A stretch of DNA of 64,000 nucleotides from Anaerolineae bacterium (GCA_041479025.1 JBGOXG010000001.1:8262-72261); one strand, 5' to 3'. Numbered from the stretch's first letter, positions 19,425 to 28,241 are shown. Notes: generated from the sequence alone by a model not told the origin. Numbers and translations are program-made.

Positions 19425-21695
19425 TTACTGGCCAGCCGCGGGGCGTGTGAATTTGCTGACGTCGCCGCCCAGATCCTTGATCGAGTCATAAAGGGTTTGG
19501 ATGACATACTTCGGGTTGTGCGCGAAACCACCGGGATCCTTGATGGAGTACTGGTAGTTGTACGCGGCCTTCAGTAAGCGCGGAGTCCAAGCAGTGTAAG
19601 CAATGGCTGCGCTTTTGTCGTTCTTGTCAGCCTTGCCGTCTTTGTTAGCATCGACGAAGAAGTACGGATAGGAGGCAGGATCGTAAACGATCGGGGTTCC
19701 AGCCTTGGTTTCGGCATACTTCTGGATTTCGGCGAGCAAAGCAACGCGGAAGCTGTCCAATTCCTTGTAGATGCCTTCGGTAGTGTCGCCATTGCCGTTG
19801 TAGTCCGTCTTGTCCATGCGGATGCTGAACAGGTCTTCTTCGGTCTTGACGGTGGTGTGGCAGCCCTTGCAGGCATCGATCTTGACACCCAATTGATGGA
19901 CATCATGGCAGTCGGTGCACTTGTTGAGCGGGTGCTCAACATTCTGGCCGTTATACTTCTGGCCATCATACTGGTAGGCTCCCTTGGCTGCATCGCCAAA
20001 CAGGGTGGCGCCGGCCGCGAAGTAGTGGACGTTGCGGAAGGACAGCGCGGGGGTACCATCTGCCTTCACCGCAACATCATCGGGCTTGGCGGCAAAGGCT
20101 TTGAGCACAGCATTCACGCTGTTGGTGGACTCACGGCCCTGGTGGCACTCGATGCACAGGTTGGCATCCACGGGCTTCAGGTTGCCTTTGTCATCCTTCT
20201 CGGTGGAGAAGGTGAGCTTGGCGCCGCTGGGGAACGGAACGCTGGTGACAGCGTAGCGAGCCGGCCAGTTGGCTGCATCGTGGCAAGTCGAGCACATGAA
20301 GCCATTGGCAGTCGGCTGGTTGCCAATGCCGGCCACGGTGAGGGAGCCGCTCGAGGTCAGAACCAGGCTGCCGCCGTTCTTGATGAACTCAGGCAGGCCG
20401 GTGGCGCTGTGGCACTTGGCGCAGCCAAAGGGAACTTCACCTCCGGCATCCCAGTCGCGGAATGCCATGGTGTCGCCGGCGAAGTGACCAGCATCGTCGC
20501 GGACCATCTTGCTCATGTCGGTCTTGGTGGTCAGCTTTTCAGCAGCGTTTAGATCCGCGATCGAGTCATATAGGAGCTCGATGATGTACTTGCCGTTGTG
20601 AGCGAAGGCACCGGGATCCTTGACGGAAACTTGGTAGTTGTAGGCGGCCTTCAGCAGGCGGGCGGTGAAAGCATTGTAGCGGACGTTGGCGCCCTTATCG
20701 TCCACGGCAATCTTACCATCCTTGTCAGCGACAAAGAAATAGGGGTTGGTGCTTCCATCGTAGACAATCGGGGTGCCGGCAACTTCCGTGGCATAAGCCT
20801 GGATTGATGCATAGAGGGCATCCTGCAGACCCTTGATTTCGGCCGCAATACCTTCCTTGACATCACCGTTGCCGTTGTAGTCAACCAGGGAGCCCTGCAT
20901 ACGTACGTTCTGCAGGTCTTCGACCTTGGTCACGCCGGTGTGGCATTCGGCACATTTCTCAACACGTACCTTGGTAGCATGCTGGTCATGGCAGGCGATG
21001 CAGGTGTCCATCTCGGATACATGGCGGAATTTCGGATCGTAGATCTTGCCGTCGTACTCATAGCCCATCTGGGCCTCGGAGCCGTACAGCGTGCCGCCAG
21101 CCGCGAAGTAGTGCACGTTACGGAAGCCGAAGTTTACAGTGGTGCCCTTATCATCTTTGATTGGAGCGACAACTGTATCGGGGGCGTCTGCAGCTTTGAA
21201 GGTATCAATTTGCTTGTCGACACTGACCTTGGACTCGCGGCCCTGGTGGCAGGTCATACAGCGGGCTTCGCCTTCTTCAGAGGCTTCAACAACTTTGCCG
21301 GAGGGGAAGGTTACAGAGGTTAGAGCCATCGCTTCAGGGCTGTGGCAAGCCGCGCAGGTGATGCCTTGCGCTTCAGCTGCGGGCACCGCATTATCAACTT
21401 TGCCATCAGCAGCGAAATCTATAAAGCCAGCGCTGGTGTGGCACTTAGCGCACGAAGTGGGTACTTCGGCGGGGTCTGATGCATCCCAGTGGCGGAATTG
21501 CTCGCCCGTGACATTGTTATGGCCGGATGCCTTCCACTCATTCACGAATGGAACCACGACCGGGGCTTCCGTCGGGACCGGAGTCGCTTCGGGGGCAGCC
21601 GTAGTGGGCGTCGCTGTCACCGTCGGTCCGCAGGCGGCAATGATGGCTGCGAAGACCATCAAGAAACCCGCTAATATCAAGATTTTCTTTAGCAT
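19425..21695 (-). CDS. Decahaem c-type cytochrome, predicted lipoprotein
   Basis: Signal peptide with lipobox (FAAIIAAC) followed by a T/P/A-rich linker. Ten CXXCH motifs: CAKCH, CAACH, CMTCH, CIACH, CAECH, CAKCH, CSTCH, CIECH, CTDCH, CKGCH. Clear two-fold internal repeat. AGGAGA RBS. Confidence 0.85.
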   Translation of the reverse strand: MLKKILILAGFLMVFAAIIAACGPTVTATPTTAAPEATPVPTEAPVVVPFVNEWKASGHNNVTGEQFRHWDASDPAEVPTSCAKCHTSAGFIDFAADGKVDNAVPAAEAQGITCAACHSPEAMALTSVTFPSGKVVEASEEGEARCMTCHQGRESKVSVDKQIDTFKAADAPDTVVAPIKDDKGTTVNFGFRNVHYFAAGGTLYGSEAQMGYEYDGKIYDPKFRHVSEMDTCIACHDQHATKVRVEKCAECHTGVTKVEDLQNVRMQGSLVDYNGNGDVKEGIAAEIKGLQDALYASIQAYATEVAGTPIVYDGSTNPYFFVADKDGKIAVDDKGANVRYNAFTARLLKAAYNYQVSVKDPGAFAHNGKYIIELLYDSIADLNAAEKLTTKTDMSKMVRDDAGHFAGDTMAFRDWDAGGEVPFGCAKCHSATGLPEFIKNGGSLVLTSSGSLTVAGIGNQPTANGFMCSTCHDAANWPARYAVTSVPFPSGAKLTFSTEKDDKGNLKPVDANLCIECHQGRESTNSVNAVLKAFAAKPDDVAVKADGTPALSFRNVHYFAAGATLFGDAAKGAYQYDGQKYNGQNVEHPLNKCTDCHDVHQLGVKIDACKGCHTTVKTEEDLFSIRMDKTDYNGNGDTTEGIYKELDSFRVALLAEIQKYAETKAGTPIVYDPASYPYFFVDANKDGKADKNDKSAAIAYTAWTPRLLKAAYNYQYSIKDPGGFAHNPKYVIQTLYDSIKDLGGDVSKFTRPAAGQ

Positions 21696-22134
21696 TTTAC
21701 ATTCTCCTAATTTGAGTATGGGCTGGATAATTATTAGTTAGGTGTTTGCTCTTATAAAAACCTCCTTATAGATAGGTTTGTTTCTTATAATCCATCCTTA
21801 ATGATAAACAATACTGGGGAAATGGGATATGCACATTTATCACAATCCCTTATGACAAATGTAATTAGATTAATGTAAAATTAATGAATCACCTACTGGC
21901 GAGTGAGATTTTGTGAAAATTTACACGATTTTCAGAGTTTCTGGAGGATAAGAACTAAAATTGGTAACTGCTCAGCCTTTTTTAGATGAAAAACACCGTA
22001 TGTGGCGAAAAAACCTGGATCTGGACTTTCTGCCCATATCTAGTGGACAACCTGTGGCGAATTCTTGTCATTGTGACAAACATTGCCACATATGCTATGC
22101 CTGAGTAATTGCTAAAATTGTATTTGAAAATACG

Positions 22135-24930
22135 TTACAGGTTCAACCACTTGGCAGCCATCTTGGGTAATTCATTCAAATTCCCTTGCCGGAGTGTGCA
22201 TTGGGGGAGTGATTCAATAAATGCACGACCGTAGGTTTTTGTGAGCAAGCGGCGATCCAGGACCGCCACAACCCCGCGATCTGATGCCGTTCGAATTAAT
22301 CGTCCGAACCCTTGTCTGAATTTCAGAATTGCTTCTGGTAGCTGGTATTCGTTGAACGGGTTTTCAAACGTTTCGGACCGGGCTGCAATTAAGGGGTCGG
22401 ACGGAACGTCGAAGGGCAATTTGACCATCACCAGCACGGACAGTTGTTCACCGGGAATATCTACGCCTTCCCAGAATGATCGCGTGCCCAAAAGAACCGC
22501 GCGCTCGGTGGTCTTAAAAGCATCCAGGAGGGTGTTGGGAGACGCGCCCTCTCCTTGTGCGTAGATCAGAATGCCTTCGTTGCCAAGCGGACCTGCAATG
22601 GATTGTGCAGTGCGCTTAAGCTGTGCATAAGACGTAAAAAGCACCAACGTCCGCCCACCAGTGGACTTGCACAGTTGTATGAGTGTTCGATCAACCGCTT
22701 GCTGATATCCGGGCGCGTTGGGTTCTGGCACATCCTTGGCTAGAAAAAGAAGCGTAGAGTTTTCGTAGTCAAATGGCGAGCCAAGTGCAAGTTCATCTGC
22801 CTCATCTGCATTAAGCGAATTGCGGATGTAATTAAAATCATCACTGGCTGTTAATGTGGCGGAGGTGAGAATGACGCTGTTTTTTTCGTGCCATAGATAT
22901 TTTTCGATGAGTGGTCCTACTCTTAGCGGTGCAGCTTGTAGTGATAGACGATTGCCATTAGGTTGGATTTCAATCCAATACACCATATCAGGCGACGGTT
23001 CGTGGATTATGCCGCTGATGTTGTTTTCCGCTTCTGCCAGCCGGCGATAAATGGAGCTGATACTTCCATTGACGTCTTCGAGTTCGTCCATCCCATCGGC
23101 GTATAAGTCGCTTGCTGTTTTATAAATTTCAGCGATACAGTTCAGTAATAGTCCCAGCGTCTCTCCGGATCCGCTCCAGCCAATTTCGACTTCGTCCCAG
23201 CCGGGTAGGGTGCGTGATGAGGGAAGGATGCGTTCCTGATAAGCATATTGGCTTTGCGGCTTGCCCTCGCGTTGTTCAGTGATGAAATACTGGAGGGTCG
23301 CGAAAAAATCCCTCGCCTGGTTTTCCAGTCGGAAGGCCATTTCTCCTGCCCGATGTACCGTTTGGCTGAGTTGGGCATAATCCGAAGGGCGCATCGTATC
23401 TTTGACAGTGGTCAACAGGAAGCCGAGGACCCCGGACTGCTGGCTGCCAACTTCCCGCATCATTCGTTCCAGATCGTTTTGGGTGAGTTTGAAACTGAGC
23501 GCGCCAGTTGTAGCAGCTTCGAGGTGGTGAGCTTCGTCGACAATGAGGTAGTTATATTCGGGCAGGACTTTGCTGCCCGTTGCGACGTCTGCCAGCAGGA
23601 GAGCATGATTCACAATCAGGATATGAGATGTAAGTGCTGCTTGCTTTGCGCGATAAAAGGGACAGGTACCTCCCTCGCGCCCGAGACAATTTTCGGTGGT
23701 ACAGGCATCGTCTTCGGCGGATAGTCTCACCCAGACATCCTTTTCAGCCGGCCGGGTCAGGTTGATATCGTTGCGATCACCGCTGGTATTCCCCTCCAGC
23801 CAGATCAACACTTTTGCCAGCACACGCATCTCGTCCACATCTTTGGGACTGTTATGCCTGATGAGTTCAACGCGACGTGGACATAGGTAATTCGAACGAC
23901 CTTTTAATACAGCTGCCCGCAAGTCCAGACCAAGTGCTTCGCGAAGCGCCGGTATGTCTTTTTGGATAAGCTGGTCTTGCAGATTGATGGTATTTGTGGA
24001 AACAATGACGCGAGTATTATTTTGAATCGAAAATAATGCTGCAGGGATAAGGTAAGCGAAGGATTTCCCGACTCCTGTTCCGGCTTCGACCATCAGGTGA
24101 CGCCCTTCCGACAAGGCAATAGTCACGGCTCGAAGCATCTCTACCTGTTCCGGACGGTGCTCGTAGAACTCGAAGTGCTTGGAGAATGGACCACCATAAT
24201 CGAGCAGGGAGGCGGTTTCATCGGGGTCGAGCGGGGTGGGATTTTCAACGATTTGGAGCGCTTCGTAACGTGAAAAATCGTATGACGAAAGGAGCTTTTC
24301 CTGCGTGGTGCGGCGAATTGATTTGGCAGAGATGCCTTCTTTTGCGCGGGTGCGCATCAATTGCTGGAAAAAGGGATTGGCATCCCACTCGAGAGGTTCA
24401 CCCAGCCTGGTGATTTCTGCTAACAAATCGATCGGGAGTTCCATTCCAGCATCGTGTAGACACAGGTAAACACGGTGGGTTACTTTGGCATCATCCAAAG
24501 CGCGATGTGTGGCCGGAAGTGGAATCCTCAGCAATTGACCGAGCGCCCCTAGGTTATACCGGCTGGCAGTCGGCAATAAAACGGAGGCGAGTTCATACGT
24601 GTCAATGACGTCGTTGAATTGGAGGATGCGTTGCTTTTGAAGGAAGCCCAAATCAAATCGAACGTTATGCCCAAGGACGATTGAATCGCCGACGAAAGCT
24701 TCCAACTCCTCCAAAACATCCTGAAGGCGAGGGGCTTGGCGGACCATTTCATCGCTTATTCCAGTGAGTTGGGTAATAAATTCAGGAATATGGCGGTCCG
24801 GGTTAATAAGGGTAGAAAATTCATCTTCGATCCGGTGTTGATTAAATCGAACTGCACCAATCTCAATGATGGCATCCTTACTAGAATCGAGTCCGGTTGT
24901 CTCGATATCAATTGCGACAATGTTCGACAT
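22135..24930 (-). CDS. dinG: DnaQ-type 3'-5' exonuclease fused to a DinG/XPD-family ATP-dependent helicase
   Basis: Exo I motif AIDIETTGLD, Walker A EAGTGVGKS, and DEAH box (VDEAHHLE). Four Cys in FeS-domain spacing (CPRR...ACTTENCLGREGGTCPFY). C-terminal helicase motifs. Confidence 0.9.
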   Translation of the reverse strand: MSNIVAIDIETTGLDSSKDAIIEIGAVRFNQHRIEDEFSTLINPDRHIPEFITQLTGISDEMVRQAPRLQDVLEELEAFVGDSIVLGHNVRFDLGFLQKQRILQFNDVIDTYELASVLLPTASRYNLGALGQLLRIPLPATHRALDDAKVTHRVYLCLHDAGMELPIDLLAEITRLGEPLEWDANPFFQQLMRTRAKEGISAKSIRRTTQEKLLSSYDFSRYEALQIVENPTPLDPDETASLLDYGGPFSKHFEFYEHRPEQVEMLRAVTIALSEGRHLMVEAGTGVGKSFAYLIPAALFSIQNNTRVIVSTNTINLQDQLIQKDIPALREALGLDLRAAVLKGRSNYLCPRRVELIRHNSPKDVDEMRVLAKVLIWLEGNTSGDRNDINLTRPAEKDVWVRLSAEDDACTTENCLGREGGTCPFYRAKQAALTSHILIVNHALLLADVATGSKVLPEYNYLIVDEAHHLEAATTGALSFKLTQNDLERMMREVGSQQSGVLGFLLTTVKDTMRPSDYAQLSQTVHRAGEMAFRLENQARDFFATLQYFITEQREGKPQSQYAYQERILPSSRTLPGWDEVEIGWSGSGETLGLLLNCIAEIYKTASDLYADGMDELEDVNGSISSIYRRLAEAENNISGIIHEPSPDMVYWIEIQPNGNRLSLQAAPLRVGPLIEKYLWHEKNSVILTSATLTASDDFNYIRNSLNADEADELALGSPFDYENSTLLFLAKDVPEPNAPGYQQAVDRTLIQLCKSTGGRTLVLFTSYAQLKRTAQSIAGPLGNEGILIYAQGEGASPNTLLDAFKTTERAVLLGTRSFWEGVDIPGEQLSVLVMVKLPFDVPSDPLIAARSETFENPFNEYQLPEAILKFRQGFGRLIRTASDRGVVAVLDRRLLTKTYGRAFIESLPQCTLRQGNLNELPKMAAKWLNL

Positions 24931-25025
24931 TGGGGTAGTTTACCAGTTAATCCTAAAAAGAACAAATGTACAGAGTTAAGAAACCCAGCCTTTGGTTAAG
25001 CCGGGTTGATCTAGGTAATAATCAC

Positions 25026-25742
25026 CTAATCTTTCTTTTTCTTAACTTTTTCTTCCTGCGGGAGTACTTCTTTGATTTGTCTGACAACCTCAGTTGGGAA
25101 GGGATGTTCCTTTGCATAGCGTCGTATAAATTCTTTAAGTCCATCCGCTGGCATGGTGTGTATGGGTGCATTATCTGCTTGAACAATTGCGCGCTTGTCC
25201 GTAAATATCAAAACCGAATTGATTAGGGGTGTTTCTGTGTTCAGTGCGGTGCTGAAGAATGCGGACAGGCTGTCGTTATCAGATTTTGAATCGAGATCGG
25301 GGCGTCCTAATCCTTCCTGCGCAAAGATTTTCAGATACGCCAGGCTAATGCCACCCCCTCTTTGTTTCCAGCGATTTCCTTCATAGGTTATTGTACCCCG
25401 TTGGTAATAAGGAAGTATGATCCAGACTCCGGCTGGACCCACCAGCAGGTGAGACACCGGTGAATTGTAGTGATATAGCGTGTAGTCGTTGGTCAACCCT
25501 TTCAGGCTGTTGGTGACATGTTCGTCAGTACGCGGGCGTCGTCCCCAGCGATTGATGAAGAAAAAGCTTATTTGGGAAAGGACAAATCCTGTGAAAAGTG
25601 AAATAAGTGAAATCCAAAACAAGTCAGCGCGTGTGAAGGTGATCAACATGCCGCCAAAGAGTACTACTAAAGCGATTACATTCAGATACTTTCCCATGGC
25701 GCCATTTCTTTTGATGAGCTTTTCGTTTGCTATGACTTTCAT
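25026..25742 (-). CDS. Membrane-anchored NERD (nuclease-related) domain protein
   Basis: Two N-terminal TM helices, then Y.LYH......HLLVGPAGVWIIL, which is typical of NERD domains. Lys-rich tail. The ATG lies 1 nt after the fabF stop. Confidence 0.55.
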   Translation of the reverse strand: MKVIANEKLIKRNGAMGKYLNVIALVVLFGGMLITFTRADLFWISLISLFTGFVLSQISFFFINRWGRRPRTDEHVTNSLKGLTNDYTLYHYNSPVSHLLVGPAGVWIILPYYQRGTITYEGNRWKQRGGGISLAYLKIFAQEGLGRPDLDSKSDNDSLSAFFSTALNTETPLINSVLIFTDKRAIVQADNAPIHTMPADGLKEFIRRYAKEHPFPTEVVRQIKEVLPQEEKVKKKKD

Positions 25743-25743
25743 T

Positions 25744-26991
25744 TTATCCTTCGAATTTCTTTAGAACGAGACAGGCATTTTGCCCGCCAAGTCCGAATGA
25801 ATTTGACAGCGTCACGCGGACATCCTGCCGGCGAGCCGTGTTTGGGACGTAATCCAGGTCAAGTTCGGGGTCGGGGTTGATGTAATTGATTGTTGGCGGG
25901 ATGATCGACTCGTTGATGGTGAGTGCGCAAGCAATAGCCTCCAACGCTCCTGATGCTCCCAAAGCATGTCCCAACATGGATTTGATCGAACTCACCGCAA
26001 GTTGATAAGCGTGCTCACCAAATACCTTTTTGATAGATTTGGTTTCACCCGCATCGTTAAGCAAGGTCGATGTACCGTGGGCGTTGATGTAATCTACATC
26101 GCGCGGATTGATTTTCGCATCAATCAGCGCCCAGCGCATAGCCCGGATGGCTCCGGCCCCCTCCGGATCGGGTGCGGCAATGTTGTATCCGTCGCAAGAA
26201 GTAGCGTGGCCTGCGACCTCAGCATATATTCTGGCTTTTCGAGTAAAGGCATGTTCAAGGCTTTCCAGGACCAACGAGCCGCATCCTTCTGAGAATACGA
26301 ATCCTTCCCGGTCAATATTAAAGGGCCGGGAGGCAGCCTGTGGATTGTCATTGTAATTCACCGGTAAGGCACGCATCGCACAGAATCCTGCAATGGCAAA
26401 ATCCTGGATCAATGCTTCTGTACCACCGGTGATCACAACATCCGCCCGACCATGTCTAATAAATTCAAAACCATCACCAACGGCTTGTGTCCCTGTCGCG
26501 CATGCAGTCGCCACGGTCGAATTTGGGCCCAGACATTGAAACTGTTGGGAGATAAGAAATGCCGGGACATTGGGCAGGCCAAGCGGGATGGTAAAGGGGT
26601 TTACGCGTGCAAGCCCCTGTGTGCGCAAGGTGCTGATGCCTTCGTCGATTTTCTCCAACCCACCGATGCTGGTGCCGAACGATACACCAGTCCGTTCAGG
26701 GTCCTTCATGGGGGTGGTCAACCCTGCATCGTCGATAGCCATTTTAGCAGCTGCCTGTGCCATTTGAGAGGAACGGGCCATGCGCCTTGCTTCTTTTCGG
26801 TCCATAAATTGCTCAGGGTCAAAATCGGGGACCTCCCCGGCGATCTGGCAAGGCATGGCGCTGGCATCAAAATGAGTGATTTTTCGAATGCCTGATCTTC
26901 CGGCGAGCAATCCCTCCCAAAACGTACGCAGACCAGTCCCGAGGACGGTCACTGCACCCATTCCTGTTACGACTACACGTCGGTCAGTCAT
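25744..26991 (-). CDS. fabF: Beta-ketoacyl-ACP synthase II
   Basis: RRVVVTGMG, active-site ATACATG, NAHGTST and GHALGASG. Start set at MTDRR, 13 nt after the plsX stop. Confidence 0.9.
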   Translation of the reverse strand: MTDRRVVVTGMGAVTVLGTGLRTFWEGLLAGRSGIRKITHFDASAMPCQIAGEVPDFDPEQFMDRKEARRMARSSQMAQAAAKMAIDDAGLTTPMKDPERTGVSFGTSIGGLEKIDEGISTLRTQGLARVNPFTIPLGLPNVPAFLISQQFQCLGPNSTVATACATGTQAVGDGFEFIRHGRADVVITGGTEALIQDFAIAGFCAMRALPVNYNDNPQAASRPFNIDREGFVFSEGCGSLVLESLEHAFTRKARIYAEVAGHATSCDGYNIAAPDPEGAGAIRAMRWALIDAKINPRDVDYINAHGTSTLLNDAGETKSIKKVFGEHAYQLAVSSIKSMLGHALGASGALEAIACALTINESIIPPTINYINPDPELDLDYVPNTARRQDVRVTLSNSFGLGGQNACLVLKKFEG

Positions 26992-27004
26992 CGAGTGTCC
27001 ATTT

Positions 27005-28024
27005 CTATTTTCTGTTGAGTTGTTGTTCAATGGCAAGCTTGATGGATGCTAGAACACCTGCCTCCGCTGCTTCTTTTGCCACACGGATGGCATTCTTTAT
27101 GGCAAGAGAATCAGAGCGTCCATGACCGATAAACACCAGCCCATTCACACCCAGCAGGGGAGCGGCACCTTCCTCGCTTGGATCAAGCATTTTCTTGAGT
27201 TTCTTTAAAGTCGGTTTGACCAGCAATCCTCCTAGCTTGGCCGTGATGGAGCCATTTTGAATCATTTCCCTGATTTTATCGGTCAATAATTTGGCGACCG
27301 CTTCAGAGGATTTGAGCATCACATTTCCGGTGAAACCGTCAGTAACTGCCACGTCCACTACTCCTCCGATGACTTCCTTCCCTTCAACATTCCCATAGAA
27401 ATTTAGCCCGGAATTTTTGAGCAGCGGATATGTGTCTTTTACCAATTGCGATCCTTTGCCGGCTTCTTCTCCGTTTGAAATCAACCCCACGACGGGGTTT
27501 TTCACCTTTCGAACTTTTTCAGCATATGTCGCTCCCATAATGGCAAACTGGTACAGGTTTACCGGTTTGCAGTCCGGGTTTGCGCCAACGTCAAGGACTA
27601 CACAGGAACCCTTCGCGGTGGGAAAAACCGGGGCAACCGCAGGTCTATCCACCCCTGGGATGGTCCCCAGGCGGAAATAAGCTGTGACAGTTGCGGCACC
27701 GGTATTGCCGACAGTAACAAAGGCATCCGCTTCGCCATTTTTTACGAGATCTATCCCGATAGCCATTGAATTCTTTGAATTCGGGCGGCGGGCTTTCAGG
27801 ACCAGCGACATGCCTTTATCCTCCATCGTCAGCATTTCGGGAGCGTGTACGGTGCGGACTTTCAGGTTTCCAATGTTTTGTTTATCCAGTTCAGGTTTGA
27901 TTTTGGCTTCATCGCCTACAAGTATGATCTCTACATCGTATTCACGAGCTGCCATCACAGCCCCTTCGACGTCGGGGATGGGGAAATTATCGCTTCCCAT
28001 TGCATCGACCACAATTCTTGTCAT
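27005..28024 (-). CDS. plsX: Phosphate acyltransferase PlsX
   Basis: MTRIVVDAMGSDNFP..., GNTGA, ...FIGHGRS. 339 aa. Confidence 0.95.
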   Translation of the reverse strand: MTRIVVDAMGSDNFPIPDVEGAVMAAREYDVEIILVGDEAKIKPELDKQNIGNLKVRTVHAPEMLTMEDKGMSLVLKARRPNSKNSMAIGIDLVKNGEADAFVTVGNTGAATVTAYFRLGTIPGVDRPAVAPVFPTAKGSCVVLDVGANPDCKPVNLYQFAIMGATYAEKVRKVKNPVVGLISNGEEAGKGSQLVKDTYPLLKNSGLNFYGNVEGKEVIGGVVDVAVTDGFTGNVMLKSSEAVAKLLTDKIREMIQNGSITAKLGGLLVKPTLKKLKKMLDPSEEGAAPLLGVNGLVFIGHGRSDSLAIKNAIRVAKEAAEAGVLASIKLAIEQQLNRK

Positions 28025-28084
28025 ATAACGCTCCTATGAGTAATATTTTTCAAACCTAACAGGACATCCGGAAAAATCAATTGC

Positions 28085-28112
28085 TTGACAGGCAAGCGAA
28101 CGTGATTATAAT
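28085..28112 (+). promoter_or_regulatory. Consensus sigma-70 promoter for tRNA-Leu
   Basis: TTGACA (28085..28090), a 16-nt spacer, then TATAAT (28107..28112). The tRNA 5' end lies 12 nt downstream. Confidence 0.65.
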
Positions 28113-28123
28113 ACGTCCTGCCC

Positions 28124-28205
28124 GCGCTGGTGCTGGAATTGGCAGACAGGCATGGTTGAGGGCCATGTGCCGCAAGGCGTGAGGGTTCAAGTCCCTCCCA
28201 GCGCA
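28124..28205 (+). tRNA. tRNA-Leu, anticodon GAG (type II, long variable arm); no encoded CCA
   Basis: Hand-folded cloverleaf. Acceptor stem GCGCTGG/CCAGCGC. D stem CTG/CAG with loop GAATTGGCAGA. Anticodon stem CATGG/CCATG with loop TTGAGGG. Variable arm TGCCGCAAGGCGT. T arm GAGGG-TTCAAGT-CCCTC. Discriminator A. Confidence 0.9.
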
Positions 28206-28216
28206 CTCCTTGCAAT

Positions 28217-28241
28217 AAAGCCGCCAAATGGCGGCTTTATT
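28217..28241 (+). terminator. Stem-loop terminator after tRNA-Leu
   Basis: AAAGCCGCC (28217..28225) pairs with GGCGGCTTT (28230..28238), followed by ATT. Confidence 0.55.

Noticed and set aside
19571-21741. Numerous long ORFs in alternative frames and on the opposite strand within the cytochrome gene. Examples are 19857..20552 + 231 aa, 21139..21741 + 200 aa and 19571..20059 - 162 aa.
   Set aside because: Their translations are low-complexity, Ala/Gly/Arg/Pro-rich and motif-free. They are fully nested in a gene with ten CXXCH motifs. They are the expected by-product of high GC3, not overlapping genes.
22135-25742. NERD protein plus DinG helicase-nuclease as a two-gene anti-phage defence module.
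   Set aside because: DinG here has the housekeeping exonuclease-helicase architecture. The NERD gene is coupled to fabF rather than to dinG, from which it is separated by a 95-nt gap with a possible hairpin. No other defence-island genes are present. The evidence is too weak.
28021-28227. 68-aa minus-strand ORF between plsX and the ABC permease.
   Set aside because: It overlaps the hand-folded tRNA-Leu(GAG) and its promoter. It has no RBS and no recognisable protein features.
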